A stretch of 64,000 bases of DNA, taken from NCBI GenBank assembly GCA_951406725.2, contig OX597814.1, positions 192,262,001 through 192,326,000 on the forward strand. The letters run 5' to 3'. The DNA is from Octopus vulgaris. Its lineage: Eukaryota. Below are positions 52,537 through 62,672 of this stretch, piece by piece (the stretch's first letter is position 1; every line of letters begins with the position of its first letter). A model generated the notes under the pieces. The model did not search any database. It had not been told where the DNA came from and saw only the letters and a program-made list of their open reading frames with translations. Position numbers and translations under genes: made by a program.

Positions 52537-55298
52537 GATGGGCTTCTTTCAATTTCCGTCTACCAAATCTACTCACAAGGCTTTGGTGTCAGCCCGAGGC
52601 TAGTAGAAGGCACTTGCCCAAGGTGCCACTTAGTGGGACTGAACCCGGAACCATGTGGTTGGTAAGCAAGCTACTTACCACACAGCCACTCCTATGCCTT
52701 AGTGTTACAAATGTTTTGTAACACTGGGAATATGTTAATAAGAAGGCTTTATTTTAAATTCCTTGTGAATGTTTAACGTTTAATTCCTCTTTTTTTTTTT
52801 CTGTTTTTCACCCTTTAGTATTTTGACCTTGCTGCAGATGTTCTCGCAGAAAATGCTCACCTTACATTCAAATACCTGATGCCAGTAAGTATTGAAAGCA
52901 AGGTTAACACATCATCATCATTGTCATCAACATCATCATTTTGCATCCATTTTCTATGCTGGCATGGGTTTGACAGGAGCTGGGGAGCCAGAGGATTGCA
53001 CCAAGCACCAATGTCTCTTTTGGTGTGGTGTTTACAATTGGATGTCCTTCTCAGTACCAACCACATTACAGAGTGCTCTGGGAGCTTTTTACCTGGCTCT
53101 GGAACTAGTGAGGTCACTAAGTAACTCACAAGACAAGACCTCCTCACCTGAAACAGTGTGTTTTTCATGGAGGGGTGTCCTTATGCCAGGTGATGAGAGG
53201 CATTGTGTCTGGTCATGGAAGTGCTGTTATGAAAGTTTATTGTAGAGAATGCTTGAGGAACTTGACAAAGAGATTGACCATTTTAGTAAATACTAGTATG
53301 ATAGATAAAGCAAATATGAGTGCAAGAAAAGTCCCAAGCTAATCAAAAATTACTGTAGAGTACTTAAAATATTTGGTGGAGTAGGAGCTGAACTAATCAC
53401 CTGTATAGTCAATCAGGAATGTCTTCCCCAATGACTGAATGTGCAGGAGTAACAAGCACAGGAAATATTGCCTGGGGGATCCCTAGAAGTAGTAGACAGT
53501 TTCCTAAGTAATCTAATTAGCAGTGATTGAGGATATTCTGAAAGTATTACTAAACAGAGTAAGAACAGGCTAGAGAAAGTTCAGGAAGTTTATATATTTG
53601 TGGGAACCAGAAGGTTTCTCTCTCAGAATGAAAGGTAGACTATGATAACTGTGTATGAAGTATAATGCTACATGGTAGTAAGACATGAGCCCTGAGTGCA
53701 GAGGACCTGTGGAGAGTAGAAAGAAGTGAAGATGAAGGGGCAAGTTTGCAAATGTTATGAACATTGTTTTGCTTATGCAGACTAAATAAGGATGAGATAC
53801 AAAACTTTTGGTGAAACTCAGTTTCCTTTATACCAGAATAGAACTATACTTGGGTAAATCTCAAATCAAATATTATCCATATTGTTTACTGGATACTATT
53901 TTCTCAAGTAATGAGTTTCTTAAAGTCAGAAAACAGCACAGCTCCCATGACTTTCAGAAACATTTTTTCACGCTAAGAGTTGCTGAAGCATGGAACAAAC
54001 TGCCGGCATCAGTTGTTAGTTGTCGGAGCACTGCATCCTTCAAAACTTCCATGCTTCCTGAGATTCACCAACACTACACCTGATTTTCTCCCCTCCATAC
54101 ACACGCAAGCATGTATCTGACTCATACACTGTTCACTTTCCAGACATTTGTACATTACTGCATATACTTTATACACACTTTTGAAAAGTTGTGGTGCACC
54201 TGAGCACTGTATACAATAATTTCATTATTATTATTATTAAGGTGAAGTTAAGACAGGGAAGAATATTTCATAGATTTTGTGATCCGATAGTGCAGATAAA
54301 GAAATAATTTTCAACAATGCCATACGACATGAAGATTACATTATGTTATGAAGGTTATTAACTTTTTGATATCAAGAGAGTATTATATGTAGAGATCATT
54401 GTTACTAAACTGTTTTCCTTATAGTATCAATATTGTTAGCTTTGTAGACAGCAATGTGATATCAAATAGTTATGTATGTGTTATCAAGACAGCATTGTGA
54501 TCTCATCATCATCATCATTGTTTAACGTCCGTTTTACATGCTAGTATGGGTTGGATGGTTCGACCGGAGTCTGGGAAGCCAGGAGGCTGCGCCAGGATCC
54601 TGTCTGATTTGGCAGTGTTTCTACAGCTGGATGCCCTTCCTAACGCCAACCACTCCATGAATGTAGTGGGTGCTTTTTACGTGCTACCGGTACAGCGGCC
54701 AGTGGAGGCTGGCAAACGGCCATGATCGGTTGGTGCTTTTTACATGTCACTGACATGGATGCCAGTCAGGTGGTGCTGGCATCGCCCACGCTTGGATGGT
54801 GCTTTTTACGTGCCATCAGCACAGGTATCATAACTACAATTTCCATTTGATTTATATTTTGATGTTGATGTTGACATACTTGACTCAATAGGTCTCCTCA
54901 AGCACAGTGGGTCACCCTACGATCCAAGGTTAGCACAGCAGGCCATCCTGCGAGCCATGAACTCACTTCATTTGTCAGTTCTTCAGACAATAAAGCATTT
55001 AACTGTATTATGTACAATACAAATGAACACTTTGTGCTTGGGATACTGTTAATGTATTTTAGAAATATCATAGTGGCTTTGCTTCTGCTTGGCATAAATA
55101 CTTATTTATTTTTTTGTAAGTACAAAGTTCTTGTCTTTAGTTACATTTTACATTACTAAATTTCTCATTTCTCTGTAGGAACTTTATGACTTCCTTGAAG
55201 CTGTCATCATGAGACAAACATCCCCCGAAGATGCTTATCGTAAACTTGATGAGATGGCTAGCAGAAAGACAGAAACCTTGCGTAAACTCACTAAACAG
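39920..55298 (+). CDS. TTC30: TTC30/IFT70 (tetratricopeptide repeat protein 30, IFT-B), first 10 coding exons; 3' part beyond the window
   Basis: Joined exons (1146 nt, 382 aa) read MATIQIKEGEFTSTIY..IRDQRY..SRAALSLLGYC..LQAAIKYGEEDL..SVGNTLVLQET..AAREALTDMPPRSEEELD..FPPETFGNLL..YFDLAADVLAEN, matching TTC30/fleer/DYF-1 as recalled. Confidence 0.95.
42893..43287 (+). mobile_element. Non-autonomous Helitron
   Basis: A|TC..TCTATATATAAA start; same 3' hairpin and CTAG|T as 3679-4062. Confidence 0.8.
44081..44146 (+). CDS. TTC30: TTC30 exon 2 (IRDQRYVDAVRLLNHQLETHPT)
   Basis: Long pyrimidine tract, taag/GTGAGT. Confidence 0.9.
44858..45067 (+). CDS. TTC30: TTC30 exon 3 (SRAALSLLGYCHFQLQ...YAQSLYKACLY...QVK)
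   Basis: TPR motifs; ttcag/GTATGT; 210 nt. Confidence 0.93.
45190..45975 (+). mobile_element. RTE LINE 3' fragment
   Basis: QERRLHWYGHVVRM...GRGRPWKTWDEVV, followed by the same 3' UTR and GAT tail as 55515-57153. Confidence 0.85.
46219..46275 (+). CDS. TTC30: TTC30 exon 4 (VTKLQAAIKYGEEDLPGAK)
   Basis: ttcag/GTAAG; conserved motif. Confidence 0.92.
47170..47238 (+). CDS. TTC30: TTC30 exon 5 (ALVDQCPQQDSDTELNQACILFK)
   Basis: ctacag/GTTAGT; 69 nt. Confidence 0.9.
47257..48063. mobile_element. Non-autonomous foldback DNA transposon, arms about 280 bp, 8-bp TSD CATAATAT
   Basis: Termini GGATCTTTTCCCTTTGAACGGCAGAT and its exact inverse; CATAATAT at 47249-47256 and 48064-48071. Confidence 0.9.
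48750..48921 (+). CDS. TTC30: TTC30 exon 6 (ESHYEEACKKF...EIIERGAQEHP)
   Basis: aatag/GTAAG; IIERG..EHP motif; phase 0 to 1. Confidence 0.93.
50052..50385 (+). mobile_element. 3' fragment of a related CR1 subfamily with longer 3' UTR
   Basis: Encodes ..WNKLPASVVSC.STASFK..; ends gtgcacctgagcattgtatacaa plus tta repeats. Confidence 0.8.
50415..50543 (+). CDS. TTC30: TTC30 exon 7 (DLDIGMTTMGLETRSVGNTLVLQETGLVQAFNLKANIEYQLKN)
   Basis: gtag/GTAAG; conserved motif. Confidence 0.94.
51911..52113 (+). CDS. TTC30: TTC30 exon 8 (KAAREALTDMPPRSEEELDVVTLHN...FGNLLILYIKYE)
   Basis: ttttag/GTAAAT; inside ORF 51799-52152. Confidence 0.95.
52290..52692 (-). mobile_element. SINE family A
   Basis: Near-identical to 21257-21655. 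Confidence 0.8.
52819..52884 (+). CDS. TTC30: TTC30 exon 9 (YFDLAADVLAENAHLTFKYLMP)
   Basis: tttag/GTAAGT; conserved motif. Confidence 0.94.
53921..54238 (+). mobile_element. 3' fragment of a related CR1 subfamily with longer 3' UTR
   Basis: KVRKQHSSHDFQKHFFTLRVAEAWNKLPASVV; near-identical to 50078-50385. Confidence 0.85.
55179..55298 (+). CDS. TTC30: TTC30 exon 10 (ELYDFLEAVIMRQTSPEDAYRKLD...LRKLTKQ)
   Basis: tgtag/GTAATT; 120 nt. Confidence 0.93.
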
Positions 55299-55481
55299 GT
55301 AATTTTGTTCTTGTCATCAACATTTTTATATCTACTTTATTTCTGTATGTATTCATACTATGTATATATTTACTTTATCTCTATAAATATATGTCTATTC
55401 TGTACATGTGTGTAAGAATACACTTGCTGTGTATACTCTGTAGATGTATACTGTATTTGAATGTGTCCACTCGATCTCTGG

Positions 55482-55514
<33 letters not shown>

Positions 55515-57153
55515 TACATGGGTAGAGGTAGGGGTCCACCAAGGATCAGTCCTCAGCACCCTTTTATTCATCATAGTCCTGCAGGCAATAACAGAGGGAT
55601 TCAAGACAGGATGTCCCTGGGAACTTCTCTATGCTGATGACCTTGCTCTAATAGCTGAGTCACTATCAGAACTAGAGAAGTTTCAGGTGTGGAAGAACGG
55701 TCTAGAATTGAAGGGCCTTAGAGTCAATCTAGCAAAAACCGAAGTCCTAATAAGTAGGCAGGCAGATAAATCACAAATCCCTTCAGGTAGATGGCCCTGC
55801 TTGATCTGTAGAAATGTGTAGGTAGAAACTCCATAAGATGTACCTGGTGTAAGCTATGGACACATAAGAGGTGCAGCAATATCAAAGGAAGACTAACTGG
55901 GAAGATAGTTTTTGTATGTGGCAAATGCTCAGGGGCAATAAACACTGAAAATGTGCAGAAAACAGTTTCCGTCACATGTCAGGGAAAAAAAACTAGAAGT
56001 AGTTGATAGCTTCCATTATCTAGGTGACCAAGTCAGTAGTAGGAGTGGATGCTCCGAGAGTGTAGCTGCTAGAATAAAAATAGCCTGAGCAAAGTTCAGA
56101 GAGCTCCTATCTCTGCTGGTGACAAAAGGCCTCTCGTTCAGAGTAAAAGGTAGACTGTATGAACCATGTGTGTGAACAGCCATATTACATGGCTGTGAAA
56201 CAGGGGCCATGACTGCTGAGGACATGCGTAAGCTTGCAAGGAATGAAACCAGTATGCTCCACTGGATGTGAAATGTCAGTGTGCATACACGACAGTGTAA
56301 GTGCCCTGAGAAAAATGTTGGACATAAGAAGCATCAGATGTGGTGTGCAAGAGAGATGACTGTGCTGGTATGGTTATGTGTTGCGTTTGGATAATGACAT
56401 CTGTGTGAAAAAGAGTCATACCCTAGCAGGAGAGGGAACCTGTGGGAGAGGTAGACTCAGGAAGACCTGGTATGAGGTGAAGAAGCACAACCTTCGAATG
56501 TTGGGCCTCAAGGAGGTGATGACAAATGATCGAGACCTTTGGAGATATGCTGTGCTTGAGAAAAGCTGGCGAGCCAAGTGAGACTGTAGCCATGGCCTAT
56601 GCCAGTGCAGAGTAACCAGCCCATTTAAGAGTACCCTTCAATTATTGGGCAATAAACTGCACTTTCGAAGACCTGTTGAGTCAAGCGAAGTCATTGTTGT
56701 GGCCGATGACAGTACTGTCTGACTGGTCCTGTGCCGGTGACATGTAAAAAGCACCGTTCAAGCTCACATGCCAATGGCACGTAAAAAGCACCATTCAAGC
56801 ATGGTCGATGCCAGTGCTGGGTGATGGGTCCCATGCTGGTGGCACATAAAAAGCACAATTCGAGCGTGGTCGTTGCCAGTGCCGCCTGACTGGCTTCCAT
56901 GCCAGTGGCATATAAAAAGCACCATTTAAGCATGGTCAATGCCAGTACTGCCAACTAGCCCTCATGTTGGTAGCACGTAAAAAGCACCCACTACACTCTC
57001 GGAGTGGTTGGTGTTAGGAAGGGCATCCAACTGTAGAAACTTAGCCAGATCAAATTGGAGCCTGGTGCAGCCTCCTGGCTTGCCAGCCCTCAGTTAAACC
57101 GTCCAACGCATGCCAGCATGGAAAGCAGATGTTAAACAACAATGATGATGATG
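55515..57153 (+). mobile_element. RTE-clade LINE, 5'-truncated and degenerate, with modular 3' UTR and (GAT)n tail
   Basis: VGVHQGSVLS.LLFIIVL..ELLYADDL; CxxC motifs; GRGRLRKTW; many stops and frameshifts. Confidence 0.85.
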
Positions 57154-57777
57154 AGTAAACACATAATATGCAGGACAAGGTGGAAAAAATAATACTTAAA
57201 TACCAAAGGTAGAGTAATATACTATGTATTAAAGCTGAATAAATTTTCGCAAACTGTTACTTAGAGTTTCATGTAAATGCTCATTGAACAATTGTGAGTA
57301 TCATCACAACTATGCAATAAACGATCACATGAAATGGTGAGTAGCTTTAATAACAAGTATATATACATATTTATATATAAATACATACAAATTTGTGAAG
57401 CGTTCCATATTTTTGCGTGATCGTTGCCAGAGCTGCTACCTGGCCTCCGTGCTGGTGGCACGTGAAAGACACCACTCGAGTGTGATTGTTACCAGCATCG
57501 CCTTACTGGCACCCATGCCGGTGGCATGTGTAAAAGATTCGAGCAAGGTTGTTGCCAGTGCTGCCTGACTGGCCCCATGCCGGTGGCACGTAAAAGCACC
57601 CACTACACTCTCGGAGTGGTTGGCGTTAGGAAGGGCATCCAGCTGTAGAAACTCTGCCAGATCAAGATTGAAGCCTGGTGCAGCCATCTGGTTTACCAGC
57701 CCTCAGTCATACGTCCAACCTATGCTAGCATGGAAAGCGGACGTTAAATGAAATGACAAATGAACGATATATATATA

Positions 57778-58068
57778 TATAAAAATAAAAAAGAGTGAAA
57801 AAACTACAGAAGGCTTTTGTAATAAGGTTAAAGAATATATTTAAGTCGTTATGTTAGAATAATGTTATAAAATTTTGTGTATAGTAACATAGTTAACCGG
57901 TTTTTTATTTTATTTTATCGTGTCATGTACAAAACCGGTTATTTCTCCAAAAATTATGTTACTATAGACAAAATTTTATAACATTTTTCTAACAACGCCT
58001 TAAATATATTTTTCAACCTTATAAAACAAGCCTTCTGTAGTTTTTTCACTCTTTTTTTATTTTTTATA
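57778..58068. repeat. AT-rich foldback / MITE-like inverted repeat, arms about 115 bp
   Basis: aaagagtgaaaaaactacagaaggctt.. versus ..aagccttctgtagttttttcactcttt. Confidence 0.8.
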
Positions 58069-58104
58069 CATCCAACTACGTGCTTTCACACACCAACACT
58101 CTCA

Positions 58105-58153
<49 letters not shown>

Positions 58154-58158
<5 letters not shown>

Positions 58159-58372
58159 TACAAAGTCAGAAAACAACACAGCTCCCATGACTTTCGGAAA
58201 CATTTTTTCACGCTCAGAGTTGCTGAAGCATAGAATAAACTGCCTGCGTCAGTTGTTGACTGCCATGACACTGCATTCTTTAAGGCCCTCATGCTTTCCA
58301 AAATCCGCCGAAACTACACCTGATTATATATACACTTTAGATGAATTGTAGTGCACCTGAGCACTGTACACA

Positions 58373-58405
<33 letters not shown>
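58154..58405 (+). mobile_element. 5'-truncated copy of the same CR1 LINE (3' end)
   Basis: 222 bp reverse-complementary to 59771-59992 (7 mismatches counted by eye), plus (TTA)n tail. Confidence 0.9.
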
Positions 58406-58414
<9 letters not shown>

Positions 58415-58886
58415 TAAGCATGACCTTTGAATGTTGGGCCTTATGGAGGCAATGACTATTGACTGAGACCTTTGGCGATATGCTATGCTTGAGACTACCC
58501 ATCAAGCCAAGTGAAATTGTAGTTGTGGCTGATGCTGGTGTTCTGTAACTGGCACCTGTGCTGGTGGCATGTAAAAGCACCCATTACGCTCTCAGAGTGG
58601 TTGGCATTAGGAAGGACATCCAGCCATAGAAACCACGCCAAATCAGACTGGAGTCTGATGCTGCCCCTCTGCTTATAGCCTGTTCAGCCATGGCTTGTAT
58701 TTTGTTAATAATATATATATATATATATGTAGGCACAGACATAGCTGTGTGGTAAGAAGCTTGCTTCCCAACCACCTGGGTTCAGTCATGCTACATGGCA
58801 CCTTGGGCTAGTGTCTTTTTCTATAGCCTCAGGCTGACCAAAGCATTAAGAGTGGATTTGGTAGACAGAAACTGAAAGAAGCCCAT

Positions 58887-58918
<32 letters not shown>

Positions 58919-59822
58919 CATACATACACACACACACACGTGTGTGTGTGTATGTGTGTATTTATGTGTGTGTCTTTGAGTCTGTGTTTATCACTCCGCC
59001 TTTACTTGACAACTGATATTGGTGTGTTTACGTTTCCATAACTTAGCGTTTTGGCAAAAGAGACTGATAGAATAAGGACTAGGCCACAGTCAAATTACTG
59101 AAACAAGTAAAAGAATAAAAGAATATATACATATATATATATATGGCACCCATGCCGGTGGCATGTAAAAACACCCATTACACTCTCAGAGTTGTTGGCA
59201 TTAGGAAGGGCATCCATCCATAGAAAACCATGCCGAATCAGACTGGAGTCTGGTGCAGCCTTACTACATTCCAGCCCAGTCAAACCATCCAACCCATACC
59301 AGCATGGGAAATGGACGTTAAATGATAATGATGATGATAATATATATATATATATATAAAATAATATGTTACAATTACTCAATGTCAAGATAAAATGGTG
59401 TTGTGGATTTCCACTTCGGCATCTGAAACTCAGAGTTTTATCTTGACTATTGAGTAATTGTAACATATTATTTTATAGATAAATTTCCTCTATTTACATA
59501 ATATTGAGGTCTCTTTCTTTCTTTTGTTATCTTACCGTTTTTACCCACATATATATATATATATAGCCCACTCTATGGAGTGGTTGGTGTTAGAAAGGGC
59601 ATCCAGCTGTAAAAAACCATGCCAAAACAGACACAGAAGCATAGTGCAAGCTCCTGCCTGGCCAGCTCCTGTCAAACCATCCAAGCCATGCCAGCATAAA
59701 AGGAGGACGTTAAACCATGATGATGATAGATAGATAAATAGATAGATATAATAATAATAATAATAATAATAATTGTGTACAGTGCTCAGGTGCACTACAA
59801 CTCATCTAAAGTGTATATATAA

Positions 59823-62672
59823 TCAGGTGAAGTTTCGGCGGATTTCGGAAAGCATGAGGGCCTTAAAAGATGCAGTGTCATGGCAGTCAACAACTGACGC
59901 AGGCAGTTTATTCCATGCTTCAGCAACTCTGAGCGTGAAAAAATGTTTCCGAAAGTCATGGGAGCTGTATTGTTTTCTGACTTTGTAGGCATGTCCACGT
60001 GTGTTAGACACATGGAGATCAAAAAGGTGTTCAGTGTTGTTGTTGGTGAGGTGGTTGATAACTTTGTGGGTGTTTACCAAGTCCGTCGCCAAACGCCGGA
60101 GCTTCAGTGAATCCATGCCCAGGGAAACAAGGCGCTCAGAATATGGTAGGTGTCTGATGGAGGGTATGCGTTTGGTTGCACGTCTCTGGACAGATTCCAG
60201 GAGGTCAATGTTCTGTGCAAGATAGGGGTTCCAAACTGATGATGCGAATTCCAAGTGTGGTCGTACCATAGCTGTATACAGTTTTAAATAGATGGCTGGA
60301 GAGCGGCTAACAAAAGACCTGCTGAGTGATGCCAAGACACCCTCGGCCTTCCTGACAATCTTAGAGATATGCTTTGACCAACGCAAATCACTGCTGACAG
60401 TGATGCCTAGGTCACGCTCGCAAGAGGATTTCTTGATATCAGTGTTGTGGAGGGAGTATGTGAACGCAGGGTTTTTTCTCCCAAAATGCATGGTGGTACA
60501 CTTGTCCACAGCCAGTTTCAGTTGCCAGTCTGTGATCCATTGCTGCATTGTGTCTAGGTCTGATTGCAGGAAAGAGTTGTAGACATCAGGATCTGTCCTC
60601 TTGATTTCAAGGTACAGCTTGATGTCGTCTGCATATTTCAATACTGTGGCATTCTTTAAATTGGCATCTATGTCGTTAATGTATGCCACAAACAAGAGGG
60701 GGCCAAGGACAGATCCCTGTGGTACACCCGATGACATCTCATATGGTGTAGAGTGCTGTCCTAGAACTGTGACTACCTCCTTTCGGCTGAGGATGAAGGA
60801 TTTCAACCAGTTAAAAAGGTCATCCCCCACACCCATTGCAGAGAGTTTCACCATAAGCCTTTTGTGTGGCACAGAGTTGAAAGCCTTAGCAAAGTCAAGG
60901 TAGACAACATCCACCCATGAGCCACTGTCAGTAATCTGAGTAATGTCCTCAAGGAACTCGACAAGCTGGTCACTGCAGCTGGAGTTAGGGACAAATCCAT
61001 ATTGTGAGGGTCGGATGAGACTGTGAGAGCTCCAGAAGTTCCAGAGTGTTTCTCTGACACACGATTCCATCAGTTTTGCAATACAGCTAGTGAGACTGAC
61101 TGGGCGATAGTTGACAGGTGATGTGCGGTCGCCCTTTTTGAACAGAGGAATGACACTGGCAGTTTTCCACTGCTCCGGAGTAGCACCATTGTTGAGACAG
61201 TACTGGAAGAAAATAGAAAGCTGGTGTAAAAGGAAGTGCCTGCCACGTTTGAGAAGCAGGTATGTAACTCCATCGAGACCAGGGGAGGCATAGTTGCGCT
61301 TATTTTGAAGGTGACGTCGCAGCATTGCAGGTGTAAATTCCATAGTTGTTATGGAGTTTGCTGTTAGTGATGGTGAAGATGGTACATTTTGACTTTCAAC
61401 AGTGAATATGTTTGCATAGCACTCGGCAATGAGTTCTGCGCATTCCTTGGGGTCGTCAGTGATCTGGTTTGTGTGAGGGTTGCGAAGAGGGCCCACTGGA
61501 GAGTGAGGTCTCTGCTTTGAGTGCACATATTTCCAGAAAACCTTGCTGTCAGGATTGGCTGCTATGCACTGTTCAAATTCAAGCACTGCTTTTTTTGTCA
61601 CTTGCTTGAGATGGTTGGAGGATTTATTCCGCTTCTTCCTGTTGGTGTCTGATTTATGCAACCTGTATTCCCGTTCAGCAGTCCGACGTTCCCTCCTGGC
61701 AAGTCGGACCGCTGAAGTTTCCCAAATTGCCCTTTTGGGGCGGTTCTTCTTTTTTTGTTTACGTGGCACTGATGCTGCACATGCTGCCCATATTGAGTCC
61801 AGGATACTCTGGAGTATAGTATTCACATCTCCAGAGTTGTAGAATTCACGCCAGTTTGGGTGCTGTAGTTCAGTGTGGTACAGGTTCCAATCTGCTCTCT
61901 TCCAATCGAAGGAAGCAGATTGGAGATGGTTCAGGTTTTTGTTGCCCGCAAGAGCCAGATTGGCGATGATCATAGCATGATCAGAGTCACCTAGAGGTTC
62001 CTCCGTAGTGCAATTGATAACCGCTTCAGGAGTTGTGGTGAAGAGCAGGTCCAAGGTGTTGTCGCCTCTTGTTGGAGAGGTGACTACTTGTGACCAGTTT
62101 GAGTCCAGCACAAGCTCAACAAAATCGTTTGCACTCTGTGGCCAATGGAAGGTCTCCCAATCGATCTCAGGATGATTGAAATCGCCTGCAATAAACACAT
62201 AAGTGGCTGTTTTCCTGGCAGCAGCTCGGAGGACATTGCAAAGCTGTGTGTCCCGATGGTAACTTGGGGGACGATAAACAACGCCAAGCAGGAGTGTTGA
62301 CATGGTCATACGCACGTCACAGAAAAAAACTTCTTCTTGTGATTCGTTCAAATCGGCACAAGGAATTACCAAAAAATTTGAACGAACGTAGACCATCACA
62401 CCACCACCACGGCGGTTAGTGCGGTCCTTACGGAAGAGGTTGTACCCCGTAATGTTGAAAACCCCATCACAGAGTAAGGAATGCGCCCATGTTTCCGTGA
62501 CAGTGATGAAGTCAGGGTCAACACTTCTGACGTAGGCGTTGAACAAATGTATTTTGTTGCATAAACTGCGTGCATTTAAGGACAACAATTTGTACCCTGC
62601 TCGCAGTTTATGATGGTGTGTAGAGGATGGCAGGTTGTTCTGGCTTAGTTTCCCTGAGTTGCTGTAGTTTTT
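59823..62672 (-). CDS. LINE ORF2: APE endonuclease plus reverse transcriptase (frame open from 62672, no ATG start)
   Basis: SLNARSL, VTETW, GDFNHP, LDLLF, SDH (endonuclease); YRPVSL, LDFAKAFNSV, GVPQGSVLGPLLF, YADD (RT); TRGH..K and RV...WN.LP..VV typical of a CR1 C-terminus. Confidence 0.95.
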   Translation of the reverse strand, partial: KNYSNSGKLSQNNLPSSTHHHKLRAGYKLLSLNARSLCNKIHLFNAYVRSVDPDFITVTETWAHSLLCDGVFNITGYNLFRKDRTNRRGGGVMVYVRSNFLVIPCADLNESQEEVFFCDVRMTMSTLLLGVVYRPPSYHRDTQLCNVLRAAARKTATYVFIAGDFNHPEIDWETFHWPQSANDFVELVLDSNWSQVVTSPTRGDNTLDLLFTTTPEAVINCTTEEPLGDSDHAMIIANLALAGNKNLNHLQSASFDWKRADWNLYHTELQHPNWREFYNSGDVNTILQSILDSIWAACAASVPRKQKKKNRPKRAIWETSAVRLARRERRTAEREYRLHKSDTNRKKRNKSSNHLKQVTKKAVLEFEQCIAANPDSKVFWKYVHSKQRPHSPVGPLRNPHTNQITDDPKECAELIAECYANIFTVESQNVPSSPSLTANSITTMEFTPAMLRRHLQNKRNYASPGLDGVTYLLLKRGRHFLLHQLSIFFQYCLNNGATPEQWKTASVIPLFKKGDRTSPVNYRPVSLTSCIAKLMESCVRETLWNFWSSHSLIRPSQYGFVPNSSCSDQLVEFLEDITQITDSGSWVDVVYLDFAKAFNSVPHKRLMVKLSAMGVGDDLFNWLKSFILSRKEVVTVLGQHSTPYEMSSGVPQGSVLGPLLFVAYINDIDANLKNATVLKYADDIKLYLEIKRTDPDVYNSFLQSDLDTMQQWITDWQLKLAVDKCTTMHFGRKNPAFTYSLHNTDIKKSSCERDLGITVSSDLRWSKHISKIVRKAEGVLASLSRSFVSRSPAIYLKLYTAMVRPHLEFASSVWNPYLAQNIDLLESVQRRATKRIPSIRHLPYSERLVSLGMDSLKLRRLATDLVNTHKVINHLTNNNTEHLFDLHVSNTRGHAYKVRKQYSSHDFRKHFFTLRVAEAWNKLPASVVDCHDTASFKALMLSEIRRNFT

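Noticed and set aside
56690-56990. Regularly spaced palindromic repeats resembling a CRISPR array
   Set aside because: The units are degenerate, the intervening parts are homologous rather than unique spacers, they belong to an RTE 3' UTR in a eukaryote, and no cas genes are present.
60001-62287. Short ORFs overlapping LINE ORF2
   Set aside because: Off-frame or antisense by-products of a long, relatively GC-rich coding sequence, with no motifs.
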